A DNA stretch of 64,000 nucleotides, from positions 24 to 64,023 of the forward strand of contig JAXDBU010000187.1 of the NCBI GenBank assembly GCA_034678485.1, in the 5' to 3' direction. Made by a program: the position numbers and the translations under genes. Positions 47,785 to 57,800 of this stretch are shown here, piece after piece. The stretch is from Sedimentisphaerales bacterium (lineage in GTDB: Bacteria > Planctomycetota > Phycisphaerae > Sedimentisphaerales > Anaerobacaceae). The notes under the pieces are model-generated. The model worked only from the letters and a program-made list of their open reading frames with translations, had not been told where the DNA came from and did not search any database. Position 1 is the stretch's first letter; the number at the start of each line of letters is the position of its first letter.

Positions 47785-49245
47785 TGTACCTGTCAAGCAC
47801 GAGTGGGACCGCCCGGAGCCGTCGTGATTGGCCTCAGAGCGCCTTCAGGAAAGGGCATGGGTGGGACCGGGGTCAGGATGCCGACGTATCGCCCCGTGCT
47901 GGGGTGGGAGAAAGGACAGAATCCCGGTCTGCAACTCACGCATAGGTAGACTCTGGCCTTGTCGAGAAGTCAGGGGCGATGCAGGAGCCTGGACTACGCT
48001 GCGTTCTTCAGGCGATAGGCGGTGAACCGTGTTTCGGGGAAGACGTGGCGTTCGATCTTGGGGGGCACGGTCTTCGCTCTTCGGTCTGGTGTCTCGGGCT
48101 TGCGGCTGTAATACAGGTCATCCGGCCGGAAACCTTCCAGAGTCATATGCGGGCGCCAGGTGTTGTACCACTTCTCACATTCGCTACCCAGGGATGTGAG
48201 GTAGTCGAAGCCTTTGATGAGCGGAACGCATCGCAGCCACTCATACTTGAGGGTCTTGATGACGCGTTCGGTGACGGCGATGGACCCGTGTTTGCCCACG
48301 GCTCCCAAACGAGGCTTGATGTTCCATTGTCTCAGCAACCCGGCAAAGACGGCGCCGATGAAGACACTGGCCTGATCGGAGATGATGTGCTTCGGCGCGC
48401 CGTGCTTTCGCAGAGCTTGCTCCAGAGCCTCGACGATCCAGCCGGCATTGGGACCTTCCAGCGGAGCGACGCACACGACCTTGCGGGAAAAATGGTCAAT
48501 CGCCACCAGGACCTCAATGGGCCACAGGCCCCAGCATCGGACCTTCGTGGTGTCGATAGACCAGACGTGATTGGGATACCAGGCAGGAATGGAGCGGGAT
48601 TCTGGCTTTTCCTGTGGTTTCTCACGGGTGGCCGCTGGGGTTGTGGGAGTGTTTCGAGGCTTGGGCCGCTGCAAGATGTTTCGCACGGTCGAGGCTGACA
48701 AGAAGATGCCCAGCAGCTTCAGTTGATTGGCAACGCGGATGCGTCCCCAACTGAGGTTGGCCTTGGTGATCTCTCAGACGAGGGAGGCGATCTCCGCCGG
48801 TGTCTTGTTCGTTGGTGTATCGTGGATTCTGGCCCTTTCTTTGGAGGTGTTTCTGCAGGATCGAGAGCTGCATTTCGAGTTGGCAGACCCGATCCTTGAG
48901 GGAGAGGATCTCCTTGGTTCTGGCGTCAGCATCCTTGGCGGCCAAGCGTTTGATGCTACACTGACGCACGCGTCCCGAGAAGCGTGCCGCGAGCAGGGCG
49001 GCCCTGACCAGGAGGGAAACGGCTGCATTGAGGATTTCGAGGTTGTCTGCCATGGTGCCTTTCCGAGGTTGGGGGAGCGATCCAAGCCAAATCGGAGGGC
49101 CTACGGTAGCCTGGAAGGGGCCAAAATGCCAGCGTGGAGTTCGCGACCGCAAGTATCTTTTATCCAAGGAGATAGGGCGGCGTCCAGAGTGGTCCCATTG
49201 GCGCTTGACAGGTACAGGTGGTCCCACCGCCCCTTGACAGGTACA
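47785..49245 (-). mobile_element. IS element (IS481/IS3-like, rve DDE transposase) of about 1.46 kb with 25-bp terminal inverted repeats
   Basis: The left end is TGTACCTGTCAAGcacgagTGGGACC (47785-47810). The right end is GGTCCCAccgcccCTTGACAGGTACA (49220-49245), with a second tandem copy at 49191-49215. The termini read TG...CA. Confidence 0.7.
47994..49053 (-). pseudogene. DDE (rve) transposase, disrupted by one frameshift and one in-frame TGA
   Basis: MADNLEILNAAV...QKHLQRKGQNPRYT, then a frameshift near 48830-48870, then ..TNKTPAEIASLV*EITKANLSWGRIRVANQLKLLGIFLSASTVRNIL...HVWSIDTT...DHFSRKVV...SDQASVF...NTWRPHMTLEG. The TGA is at 48776-48774. Confidence 0.7.
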
Positions 49246-49280
49246 AGGCGCTCTGCTCCGCGGTTGTGTTGCCATCATCC

Positions 49281-52200
49281 CTATCGCTCCGCGCGGCGCG
49301 GGCCCGTTTGGGCCATTTGCCGCAGCCGAGCGGCATGCTCGTACTGCCCCTGGCGTTCAAACGCGGGAGCAAGATCGTTCGCATAACCAGGCTGCTGCTC
49401 CACGGCTCTGCGGGCTAGGACCCAGGCCAGCGGTGCAAGCCGCTGGTAGAGCGCCGGATGGAGAAGGATATCCTGGGCCGCGTGGACATAGCGGCTGGGT
49501 TGCTCCAAAGGCGTGTGGTCCAGTTCTTGCAGGTAATCGGCCGCCTGGGGATGTCCGATCCACAAGGCCGCGGTGGCTCGTGCCCAGTGACTGACAAACG
49601 CATCCGGAGCAGCTTCCAAGTCCCGCGTGTACGTGACAATGCACTCCTGGCAGTGCTGCTGAAAGGTTTGGACGGGTTTCAACGATTCTGCGGTCGAGAG
49701 GTTCGGATCAAGATCCGCGATCCAAGCCTCTCCAAACATCGGGCTCAGACGAATGAGCAATCGTTTTCGATCACACGACCAGGAAGCGCCACCAAAGTGT
49801 CCGGGGAGCAGCTTCACCGCCTCCTTCTTTGTTCGGTCGTAGATCCACAGGCCCGTGTGGTCCCGAATTCCGTTCAGACTTCCCAGGCTGAGTTCGCAGC
49901 CGTCGGGTGACCAGGAGCTAATCCGGGCTTCCAGGGGCACCGGCCACTCGGCGACGCAGGCCTGCGGCGCCACCTCTTGGATTCGCAGGACAGTGCCTTC
50001 CATGTTCGCCAGATAGGAGCCATCGGGCGACACGAGAGGATTGTCTGCGGTACTGGCGCAGACTGCCACAGGTTGCACCTGTAGATTATCGACCGAGATG
50101 GAGTAAATCGCTTGATCGCTATAGGAGCGGTAATACAGCCGCCGACCGTCCGAGCTCCACCCACAATCGTGCGCGCGACGCGCCACGCACCGGGGCGCAC
50201 TGCCATCGGCGTTCATTACCCAGAGTTCCTCGTACCGTTCCTCGCTGTCACTTCCACTCCGGATTCCGCCCGCAGTCAGTTCGGAAACGCGGAGGGCCGG
50301 CACGTCGCGAACGAAACTGATATGACGGCCGTCGGGTGACCAACTCGGGTCTTTGCCCGGAGCGACCAGCAGGCTCCTCGCCCGTGTCTGGACGTCATAG
50401 ACGGCGATGCCGATGCAGCCTGGAAATCCCTGGGCGTAGACTATCTGCGTGCCATCGGGCGACCAGCAGAGACCGAAGCACTGGGTAAACAGTCGGCGGG
50501 CCTTGGCAAAAAGACTACGGTACATTTCCTCCGTCTCGAGCACGTAGAAGAAGGCGGGCCCCTCAGGCGGCCGGTCTGGCGGGTGCCACCGGCCCCCTGC
50601 CGCGAGGGTGTCGAAGACGTACTTCATGGTCCGCCTGCGGACCAGGTCGGCAGTGTTGCCCGGGAGTCCCATGAGGCGTTGCATCAGCACACTGGCCTCT
50701 TCATACCGGCCCAAGGCCATCAAGGCACAGAAGACCTGAGCGTTCAGCTCCACCGCGTTGGGCACTTGCTTCAGACACTCCTGAGCGTCGGCCAGGACCC
50801 GCTCATATTGGCCCATCTGCCACAAGGCCTCAACACGGCGACCGTACAGGTCCTCATACTGGGGGTCTCTCGCCCGCATCAGTGCAAAGGCGCGGTCATA
50901 CTCCGCCACCGCCTCGGGATAACGGCCTACGTGGTGACAGGCGAGTGCGTGCAAGCAATAGGCCTGTGGGTCGCGCTGGTCTACCAGTGTCATGGCGAAA
51001 GCATCGTGCTCCATCGCTTCGTATTCCCCCAGGGCGTAGTAGAGGAAGGCTCGCAGCCGACGCGATTCGTAATGCCCGCGGTCCAATTCCAAGGCCCTGT
51101 CGAGGAGGGCAAGCTGCTCTTTTGCCGTCACAGCCGCCATGGCCTGCAAGAAGTGTGCTTCGGCCGTCTCCGGCAGCAGGGCTGCGGCTTGGCGGCGGTG
51201 TTCCTTGATCTCCTGGAGGTTCTCGGCTGTGAGCGCCCGGCTCTTCCAGAGAAGACACGCCCAGAGCGCGTGGGCTGCCCCGGCAATCTCCGGGCGTTCG
51301 GCCACCAGTTGCTCCAGCAGAGTCGTGGCTTCATCCGGTAAGTGCCCCTCGACCAGAAGGCTGGCGTACAGAAGTTGTGCTTCGGGATCGACGCATCCAC
51401 GCTGGAGGATGGATTGGACCGTTCTGAGGGCCGCGGGATGGTCTCCCTCTGCGTACTGCCCGCGGGCTTGGGACAGAAGATCCCGATACCGAAGATCCTC
51501 TGCCTCTCTCAATTGAAGCCGGGCTCGGTTCCACAAAGACAGGATGCCCCCTGCCGTAGCGGCTATGACGACCAGCACCAGGGCGGCAAAAACCTGGGAA
51601 CGGTGTCGACGGAGGAACTTGGCGAGACGGTACGCTGTCCCAGGACCGCGCGCCACGACCGGCTCGTGCTCCAGGTGACGGCGAATGTCCTCTGCCAGAC
51701 CGTTGACCGTGTTATACCGGTGGGCACGGTCCTTCTCGAGCGTCTTCATCACGATCCAATCCAAGTCGCCCCGCAGGGCCTTGCGGAGCAGATCCGGAGT
51801 CGAACGACGCCGCTGGGCCATGTCGCCTAGGATCTCTCCCAGCGTGCCGAGCTTCGTCGAAGGCTTGATGGGCACTTGTTCCTGGATCACTCGCTGCATT
51901 GCACTGTAACCGGCCCTCCGCAGTTTCGCCTGATCGAACGGCGTAGTTCCCGTGAGCAGTTCATAGAGCAGCACACCCAACGAGTAGACATCCGAGCGAG
52001 TGTCAATGTCGACTTCGCTCTGGTCGACCTGCTCCGGGCTCATATAGACCGGGGTGCCGACCAGGTGACCGTAACCGGTAGAGAAGGTTTCTTCCGTCAG
52101 CCGCTGGTCCGTAGCCTTCGCGATGCCGAAGTCGATAATCTTGGGCACCGGGCCACCGTCCACGAGTGTCACCAGCACATTGGAGGGCTTGAGATCCCGG

Positions 52201-52715
52201 TGGATGATGCCTTTCTGGTGGGCGTGTTGCACGGCGTGGCAGACCTGGATGAACAGGCCCAATCGGTCCTTGATGCTCAGACTACTCCTGTCGCAGTACT
52301 CAGTGATCGAGCCCCCCTGGACTAATTCCATGACGAAGTACGGCCGGCCGGTCTCTGTAGCCCCGGCTTCAAGCACCTTTGCGATATTCGGGTGGTCCAT
52401 GAGAGCCAGGGCTTGCCGCTCCGCGTCGAAGCGGGCGATGACCTGCCGGGTGTCCATGCCCAGCTTGATGATCTTGAGGGCCACCCTGCGATGGATCGGC
52501 TCAGTCTGCTCAGCCAAGTAGACCACCCCCATCCCCCCTTCACCCAGGACCTGCAGGAGCCTGTAACGGCCCACCCATCCGCCAAGGCCCTCGATCTGCG
52601 GTCTCCCCTCCGGGACAGCGGCGTCCTCTTCGCTGTCTTGCAGCCCGAGCGAGATCAGCCGGTCGAGATGCTGTAGCTCGGCCCCAAATGTCGAATCCTC
52701 TGGACGCATGGCCAC
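49281..52715 (-). CDS. Ser/Thr protein kinase with TM helix, TPR region and C-terminal PD40/TolB-like beta-propeller
   Basis: [35 protein letters not shown] and the TM helix [18 protein letters not shown] are present, followed by TPRs. Repeated WSPDG motifs occur ([33 protein letters not shown]). Confidence 0.9.
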   Translation of the reverse strand: MAMRPEDSTFGAELQHLDRLISLGLQDSEEDAAVPEGRPQIEGLGGWVGRYRLLQVLGEGGMGVVYLAEQTEPIHRRVALKIIKLGMDTRQVIARFDAERQALALMDHPNIAKVLEAGATETGRPYFVMELVQGGSITEYCDRSSLSIKDRLGLFIQVCHAVQHAHQKGIIHRDLKPSNVLVTLVDGGPVPKIIDFGIAKATDQRLTEETFSTGYGHLVGTPVYMSPEQVDQSEVDIDTRSDVYSLGVLLYELLTGTTPFDQAKLRRAGYSAMQRVIQEQVPIKPSTKLGTLGEILGDMAQRRRSTPDLLRKALRGDLDWIVMKTLEKDRAHRYNTVNGLAEDIRRHLEHEPVVARGPGTAYRLAKFLRRHRSQVFAALVLVVIAATAGGILSLWNRARLQLREAEDLRYRDLLSQARGQYAEGDHPAALRTVQSILQRGCVDPEAQLLYASLLVEGHLPDEATTLLEQLVAERPEIAGAAHALWACLLWKSRALTAENLQEIKEHRRQAAALLPETAEAHFLQAMAAVTAKEQLALLDRALELDRGHYESRRLRAFLYYALGEYEAMEHDAFAMTLVDQRDPQAYCLHALACHHVGRYPEAVAEYDRAFALMRARDPQYEDLYGRRVEALWQMGQYERVLADAQECLKQVPNAVELNAQVFCALMALGRYEEASVLMQRLMGLPGNTADLVRRRTMKYVFDTLAAGGRWHPPDRPPEGPAFFYVLETEEMYRSLFAKARRLFTQCFGLCWSPDGTQIVYAQGFPGCIGIAVYDVQTRARSLLVAPGKDPSWSPDGRHISFVRDVPALRVSELTAGGIRSGSDSEERYEELWVMNADGSAPRCVARRAHDCGWSSDGRRLYYRSYSDQAIYSISVDNLQVQPVAVCASTADNPLVSPDGSYLANMEGTVLRIQEVAPQACVAEWPVPLEARISSWSPDGCELSLGSLNGIRDHTGLWIYDRTKKEAVKLLPGHFGGASWSCDRKRLLIRLSPMFGEAWIADLDPNLSTAESLKPVQTFQQHCQECIVTYTRDLEAAPDAFVSHWARATAALWIGHPQAADYLQELDHTPLEQPSRYVHAAQDILLHPALYQRLAPLAWVLARRAVEQQPGYANDLAPAFERQGQYEHAARLRQMAQTGPRRAER

Positions 52716-52762
52716 GGCCTGTCGTATTGGACACCTTCAGGTTTCCTGATAGATCCGCAGCC

Positions 52763-53536
52763 TCACCGTTCCGGCTGCGCGCCGAAGTGCCACGTCTGCA
52801 ACATATCCTGCAATTCCTCCTGCGCGTCAGCATCAGAACCGACCATGCTTCGCAGGTGTTCCTTAAGCGTGCGCTGGAACCGTCGCTTGACGGTGATGAT
52901 CATATTGGAGGCGGTCTTCTCCGCGTCGATGCCGTAGCGATGACAAAGCTCCCGGAGCGGCGGGGATTCCCGGCCTTCAAGAGTCGGGCGCAGGAGGTGA
53001 TCGCGAAAGAGCTGCCAGTGCATCTGCTGGCCGTGAGAGAGACAGTCTCCTTCGACCGCCGCCAGAGTCTGATCCAGGACCGCCGATTTCCAGGCATACA
53101 CGAAGCACTCTTCCGGGCTCCACGTGGAAGCCGCCTGGGGTAGGGCAGGTAGAGGAGCGATGTCGAGTGATACGAGCTTATCTGGCGGGATCCGCTTCTG
53201 GCTGGATTGCCTTCGCTTGATATCCATCACGTACTGCTTGAGGGCGTGGAGTAGAAAGACCCGAAACCGGCCCTTGGACGGGTCGGCCTTCTGGATGAGG
53301 TCGCGATTGAGTACGACCTCGTGAAAGAAACCCTGGGTCATGTCCTTGGCTTGCTCATTGTCACAGCCGTCACGCCGGAGATAGCAGTACACCGGCTTCC
53401 AGTACCGCTCCAGCAGCAGGCCGATCATCACCCGTTCGGGGTCCTCGTGCTTCTGAATACCTTCGATCAGGGACCACTGGGTCGTCAGAAACGTCTCTGC
53501 CATCCCACCTATGTCTGTCGGATCGCGTAGGACCAT
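52763..53536 (-). CDS. ECF-type sigma-70 family factor, kinase-associated (ECF43-like)
   Basis: ...FLTTQWSLIEGIQ...YWKPVYCYLRRDG...AKDMTQGFF.. It lies 47 nt upstream of the kinase gene and no anti-sigma gene lies between them. The start is ambiguous (TTG 53554, ATG 53536, ATG 53503). Confidence 0.85.
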   Translation of the reverse strand: MVLRDPTDIGGMAETFLTTQWSLIEGIQKHEDPERVMIGLLLERYWKPVYCYLRRDGCDNEQAKDMTQGFFHEVVLNRDLIQKADPSKGRFRVFLLHALKQYVMDIKRRQSSQKRIPPDKLVSLDIAPLPALPQAASTWSPEECFVYAWKSAVLDQTLAAVEGDCLSHGQQMHWQLFRDHLLRPTLEGRESPPLRELCHRYGIDAEKTASNMIITVKRRFQRTLKEHLRSMVGSDADAQEELQDMLQTWHFGAQPER

Positions 53537-53837
53537 ACCCGTTGTGCCGCCCAATACACACGGTGCTCGTCTGTTGGTCCATTATACCCGAAATGTCATT
53601 TGGAACACCAAGAATCACTCAGAAAAAACCGATGGCCCGCGCAGCGAACGGTCACTTGCTGCGGATTCACCCAAGAAGACCGGGGCCGGATCATGACCCC
53701 GCTGCTGCGGGATCGCTGCTCTGCGACCGGCAGGGCTTCGTCGGGCGGCATCTGAAGTCAGCAGAAAATCACGTGGACAAGAACGGAAGGAACAGAAAGG
53801 GGAACTGATCTTCGGCAAACCATCGAGAGGGGCAGCA

Positions 53838-54780
53838 ATGAAGATGACACGAATCGCAGCCCTGTTGAGTCCCGTGGTCACTACGCTCGCTGGCGGCCGC
53901 GACGCAACTCCTTGTCAACTCCGGTTTTAACGCCAGCACTGACACCGCCGCCCTGCGAGCGAATTCGGCAGGTCAGGATTGGTGCAAGAGCAGGCAGGAT
54001 GACCCAAGTTATCTCATGCTGGATCGCACCAATGCGGGCGGGAACGACTCAGCGAGGGCGGAATTGACCGCCGCCACTAACAACAGAAGTGCATACTTGG
54101 CGCAGGAATTCAGCTCTCGGCAGACGCAGGCTATGTCCGCTCAGTGGCATATCTACGTGGATTCGATAACCAATCACGCAGACAATCCAGATGGAGCCGC
54201 CTGGATGCTGATCCGCGATGATACATGGACGAACTCCAGCCGCAGTGGGCCGAACGCCGTAGATGGCGAGCGATTTGTCTATATGGCCTTCCACAAGGAC
54301 GACGGCGGCACGACGGACACGACGAGTCTGGTCGCACGGGACGGAGATGATACCTCGACTGCGTTTACCACCGTGGCCACGGGCCTGAACCTCAAACAGC
54401 GGCACATCATAAAGCTGGACCTGTACGTTGTCGCGGATACTTGCGACGTCTGTGTCGATGGCCAGTACAAAGCCACGGTGACGGCGGGAACCGCGGAGAA
54501 CAGCGTCACCCACATCAGTTTTGGAGAGTGGGGGGACGGCCCCTGCACCTTCTGTGCGGATGACATCACCGTGGAGTCGTCGGGAGGTGGGGCGGGTGAA
54601 ATCCTCGTGGTGGACCAGAGCCGGCAGAACATCAGGTTGATTGGCTGCAGAAACCCTATGGAAGACCTGGGCCAGTGGTCGCAGTACTGGACGGTCGGGG
54701 ATACACAGCACCCCGTGGTTTGCTGGACCTTGTCTGTGATAGCAGCAGGCAGCAGGGCGCTCCAAGCGCGCCGAGCCGTC
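53838..54780 (+). pseudogene. Frameshifted gene for a secreted jelly-roll (LamG/ConA-like) protein, first member of the paralogous cluster
   Basis: ATG 53838 encodes MKMTRIAALLSPVVTTLAGG.. (a signal peptide like those of the next two genes) but stops at 53928-53930. The body (...LLVNSGFNASTDTAAL...WHIYVDSITNHADNPDG...HISFGEWGDGPCTFCADDITV) is in frame 1, which is open from 53869. The 3' end is unclear. Confidence 0.35.
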
Positions 54781-54850
54781 GTGGGTACGGATGGCTTTGC
54801 AGCACAGAAACCGAATAGCGAAGCACAGTACTTGCGGAAAGGGTGCCAAG
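54775..54850 (+). promoter_or_regulatory. Conserved 5' leader, copy A (upstream of 54851)
   Basis: About three-quarters identical by eye to 59811-59885. Shares GTGGGTAC, AGAAACCGAA, CGAAGCACA and the GAAAGGGT RBS. A potential 6-bp stem is 54794-54799 / 54819-54824. Confidence 0.4.
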
Positions 54851-57800
54851 ATGAAGACAACGCGAATCCGGGTACCGGTCTTGTTGGCATTGAGTCTCGC
54901 GGCTGCGGGCGGCCTTGGCCCCCTGGCGACGGCTTCCGCTTGCCCGAACTCTGCGGCGAACCTGGTGATCCTGTTGGGACCACATATGCTTACCGTGGGG
55001 CCGGACCTGTGCGACGGCGGTGTCGAGTACGGTTTCGATCCCCAGACGGTGAGTACTGGAGAGCAGATCCACATACTGGGCCGCATCAAGAACACAGGCA
55101 CGGTAACGGTAAGCGCCAATACCTTCCGAGTCGGCTGGTATGCCTCGGCTGACACGACGATCGATCCGGCTGTGGATTATCAGATCGGCGATCTTGGGAC
55201 GTTCCCGAAGGCGATTGAGCCTGGGAGTTTCTACCGGTTCGACGTCCAACGGTTGGTCAATGTCCCGCCCGGTACATACTATGTGGGTTGGATCATCGAT
55301 TGCACCAATGCGGTGGCTGAGACCAATGAATCAAACAACACCGTGTGCATCAAGACCCCCCGGTTGACCGTTCATGCCGCTGAGGTCATCGTTCCCAACG
55401 TGGTGGGGAAGGATGAGGAGTCCGCCATCGGGGCGATCAAGGTGGCGGCGCTTGTGGTGGGCGTGACGACCCGCAGGTGCAGCGATACGGTGGCGGTGGG
55501 AAATGTGATCAGCCAGAGCCCTGCGGCCGGGACTAAAGTCATGAGTGGCTCTGGGGTGAGCCTCGTCATCTCCACCGGGCCATGTCAGGTCGAGACCCAG
55601 GCGGCCACGGACATCACCTGCAGTTCGGCCACGCTCAACGGCAAGGTGGTCGCAGACGGCGGCGCGGTCTGCCAGTATCGGTTCCGGTACAAGAGGTGGG
55701 ACAGCCCCACCTATAGTGAGACCTCCCCGACCGGCTCCAAGCGAACCGGCGAGACCTTCAGCCAGGCTATCACGGGACTGACCCCAAGAACCCAGTACCG
55801 CTTCGCCGCCCGGGTCAGCAACGGCACTTGTGAAAGCGACTGGGGTACCGAGCTGAGGTTCACGACGCCGACATCGCCGACCGTGACCGCGGGGGCGGCC
55901 ACCAACATCACCGCCCATGGCGCCACATTGCACGGCACACTCGTGGACGATGGAGGTCAGACATGTCAATACCAGCTCCGGTACAAGACACGGAATGGAT
56001 CGTACACGGAGAGCAAGTGGACGGGTTCTCTGGGAGGGTGGAATGTCCACTTCAGCATGACGCTATCGAAGCTGAACCCCGGCACGCGATACTACTTCTC
56101 CTTCAGAGCCAGGAATGACTCATGCGAGGGGGCTTGGTCGGACGAGCTGAGCTTCGTGACTCTTGCGGTCACGAAGCCCACTGCCGCCATGGTGGACGTC
56201 ACCAACGTCCTGGAGCGCAGTGCCACGTTTGCCGGGAATATCGTCGACGACGGCAACGAACCCTGTCAATACCGGTTCCGGTACACGTGGCGTCCGCTTC
56301 TGCGAATCATGCAGGGGGTGACTCCTGAAACCTACACGTCGTGGACGGGGGCCAAGAAGGACGGTGAGTCATTCAGCGAGGACATCACCACTCTGGGTCC
56401 CAATACCCCATACACTGTTACGGTCCAGGCCAGGAACTCGGCAGGCGAAGGTCCTTGGAGCACGCCGGTGAGCTTTACGACCCTTGCCATCCCTGTGATC
56501 ACGGATATCCGCAGCATACATTTCAGTCCGATCACGCGCGATTGGTTGCATCCGAGTAGGCACGCTTACTACCTGGATGGGGTCCCCCTGACCGAGCAGA
56601 TCACGGTCGCGGTCGACTGGCACGGAGCGACGCCCGGCAAGATCGAGTGGAAGACGCCGAAAGGAACCTACGAAACCTTGGCCACGGAGGTATCGCGATC
56701 CTTCAATATGGGAAGTGACTTCGGGGCCGGCGGCAAGCTCGTGGTCAAGGCAGTCCCCAGCGATGCACCGGGGGCCAGGGAATCCGCCCCAGTGACGGCC
56801 AATTTCACGGTCATTCCACCACCCCCTGGGATTCCAACGAACCTGCTCTCACAGGACCCATTGACTGTGGCCCAGTCGGTGAACAAGTACGTCGGCCAGT
56901 TCACGGCGAGTCTCCTCAATGAGTCAGACCCGCTGGCCGAGATCTGGATCACTTCAGAAGCCCAAATCCAGGTGATTGTCATGGACGGTTGCGCTCAATA
57001 TCGCCCTCTCTTCCCATTTCCACTCCTTAAAATCCACGCCGCAGGTGAACAAATAAACTGGTTGCTGTGGACATTCCGGTGCGAGTCTTTCTACACGGAT
57101 GGGCAGTGGCAGACGGAGGGGTACCTCGAATCGTCATTATTGCCGGGCGACCCCGAGACGTCGTACAAGAGAGAGTGGGAGCTGTTGTCACTGGATATCC
57201 CAATTCCAGTTGGACCCGTTCCCGTTGCTGTGAGCGTCGACGTGACTGAATCGCTGTCCTCGTACATCGTGGGCGACATAGTGGGCTGGCCCCAAGGGCA
57301 AAGCCCCACACTGGCAGGAGGGATGCGCGTTTTCCATGCAACTGAAGGGACTGCTACTGCAACGGTTGTGGGCTTGTTCGGCAACGGCACCTCGATTAGG
57401 GTGGCGGATAGGTGGTGCAAACACCTCCCAGGCGGGCAGATCAATACCTGTGTACGCCTGCAAATAGAACCGGTGTTCTGCATCTTCGGTTGCTTTGACA
57501 TCTCGACGCCGAGTATCTGGATCCCAGACAGCGGGCCCTGCTGTACGCCTTCTACCCTCACAGCCCAGAGTGTCGGTCCTGCCGCACTCACGACGCGAGC
57601 CAACGAATTCAGACTCATGGCCCGCGATGATCTCGGGTCTGATTACGCCCGCTGGCTGTCGCTCAATCCGGCTGGCAACAGCCAGGGCAGGAACCTGACC
57701 ATCCTCTCCGCCGCAGACGGCGCGCCGGGCGAAGCCGGGGGAGAACAGGTCCTTCAGACCAACGTCTTCAGCGAGTCAAGGCCATCTATAACCGCAGACG

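Noticed and set aside
54781-55152. The 3' part of tracked ORF 54016..55152, which overlaps the start of the 1,642-aa gene.
   Set aside because: It runs through the conserved leader, RBS and signal-peptide codons of the next gene in another frame, and its translation becomes Gly/Arg/Pro-rich. It is most likely read-through after loss of the natural stop.
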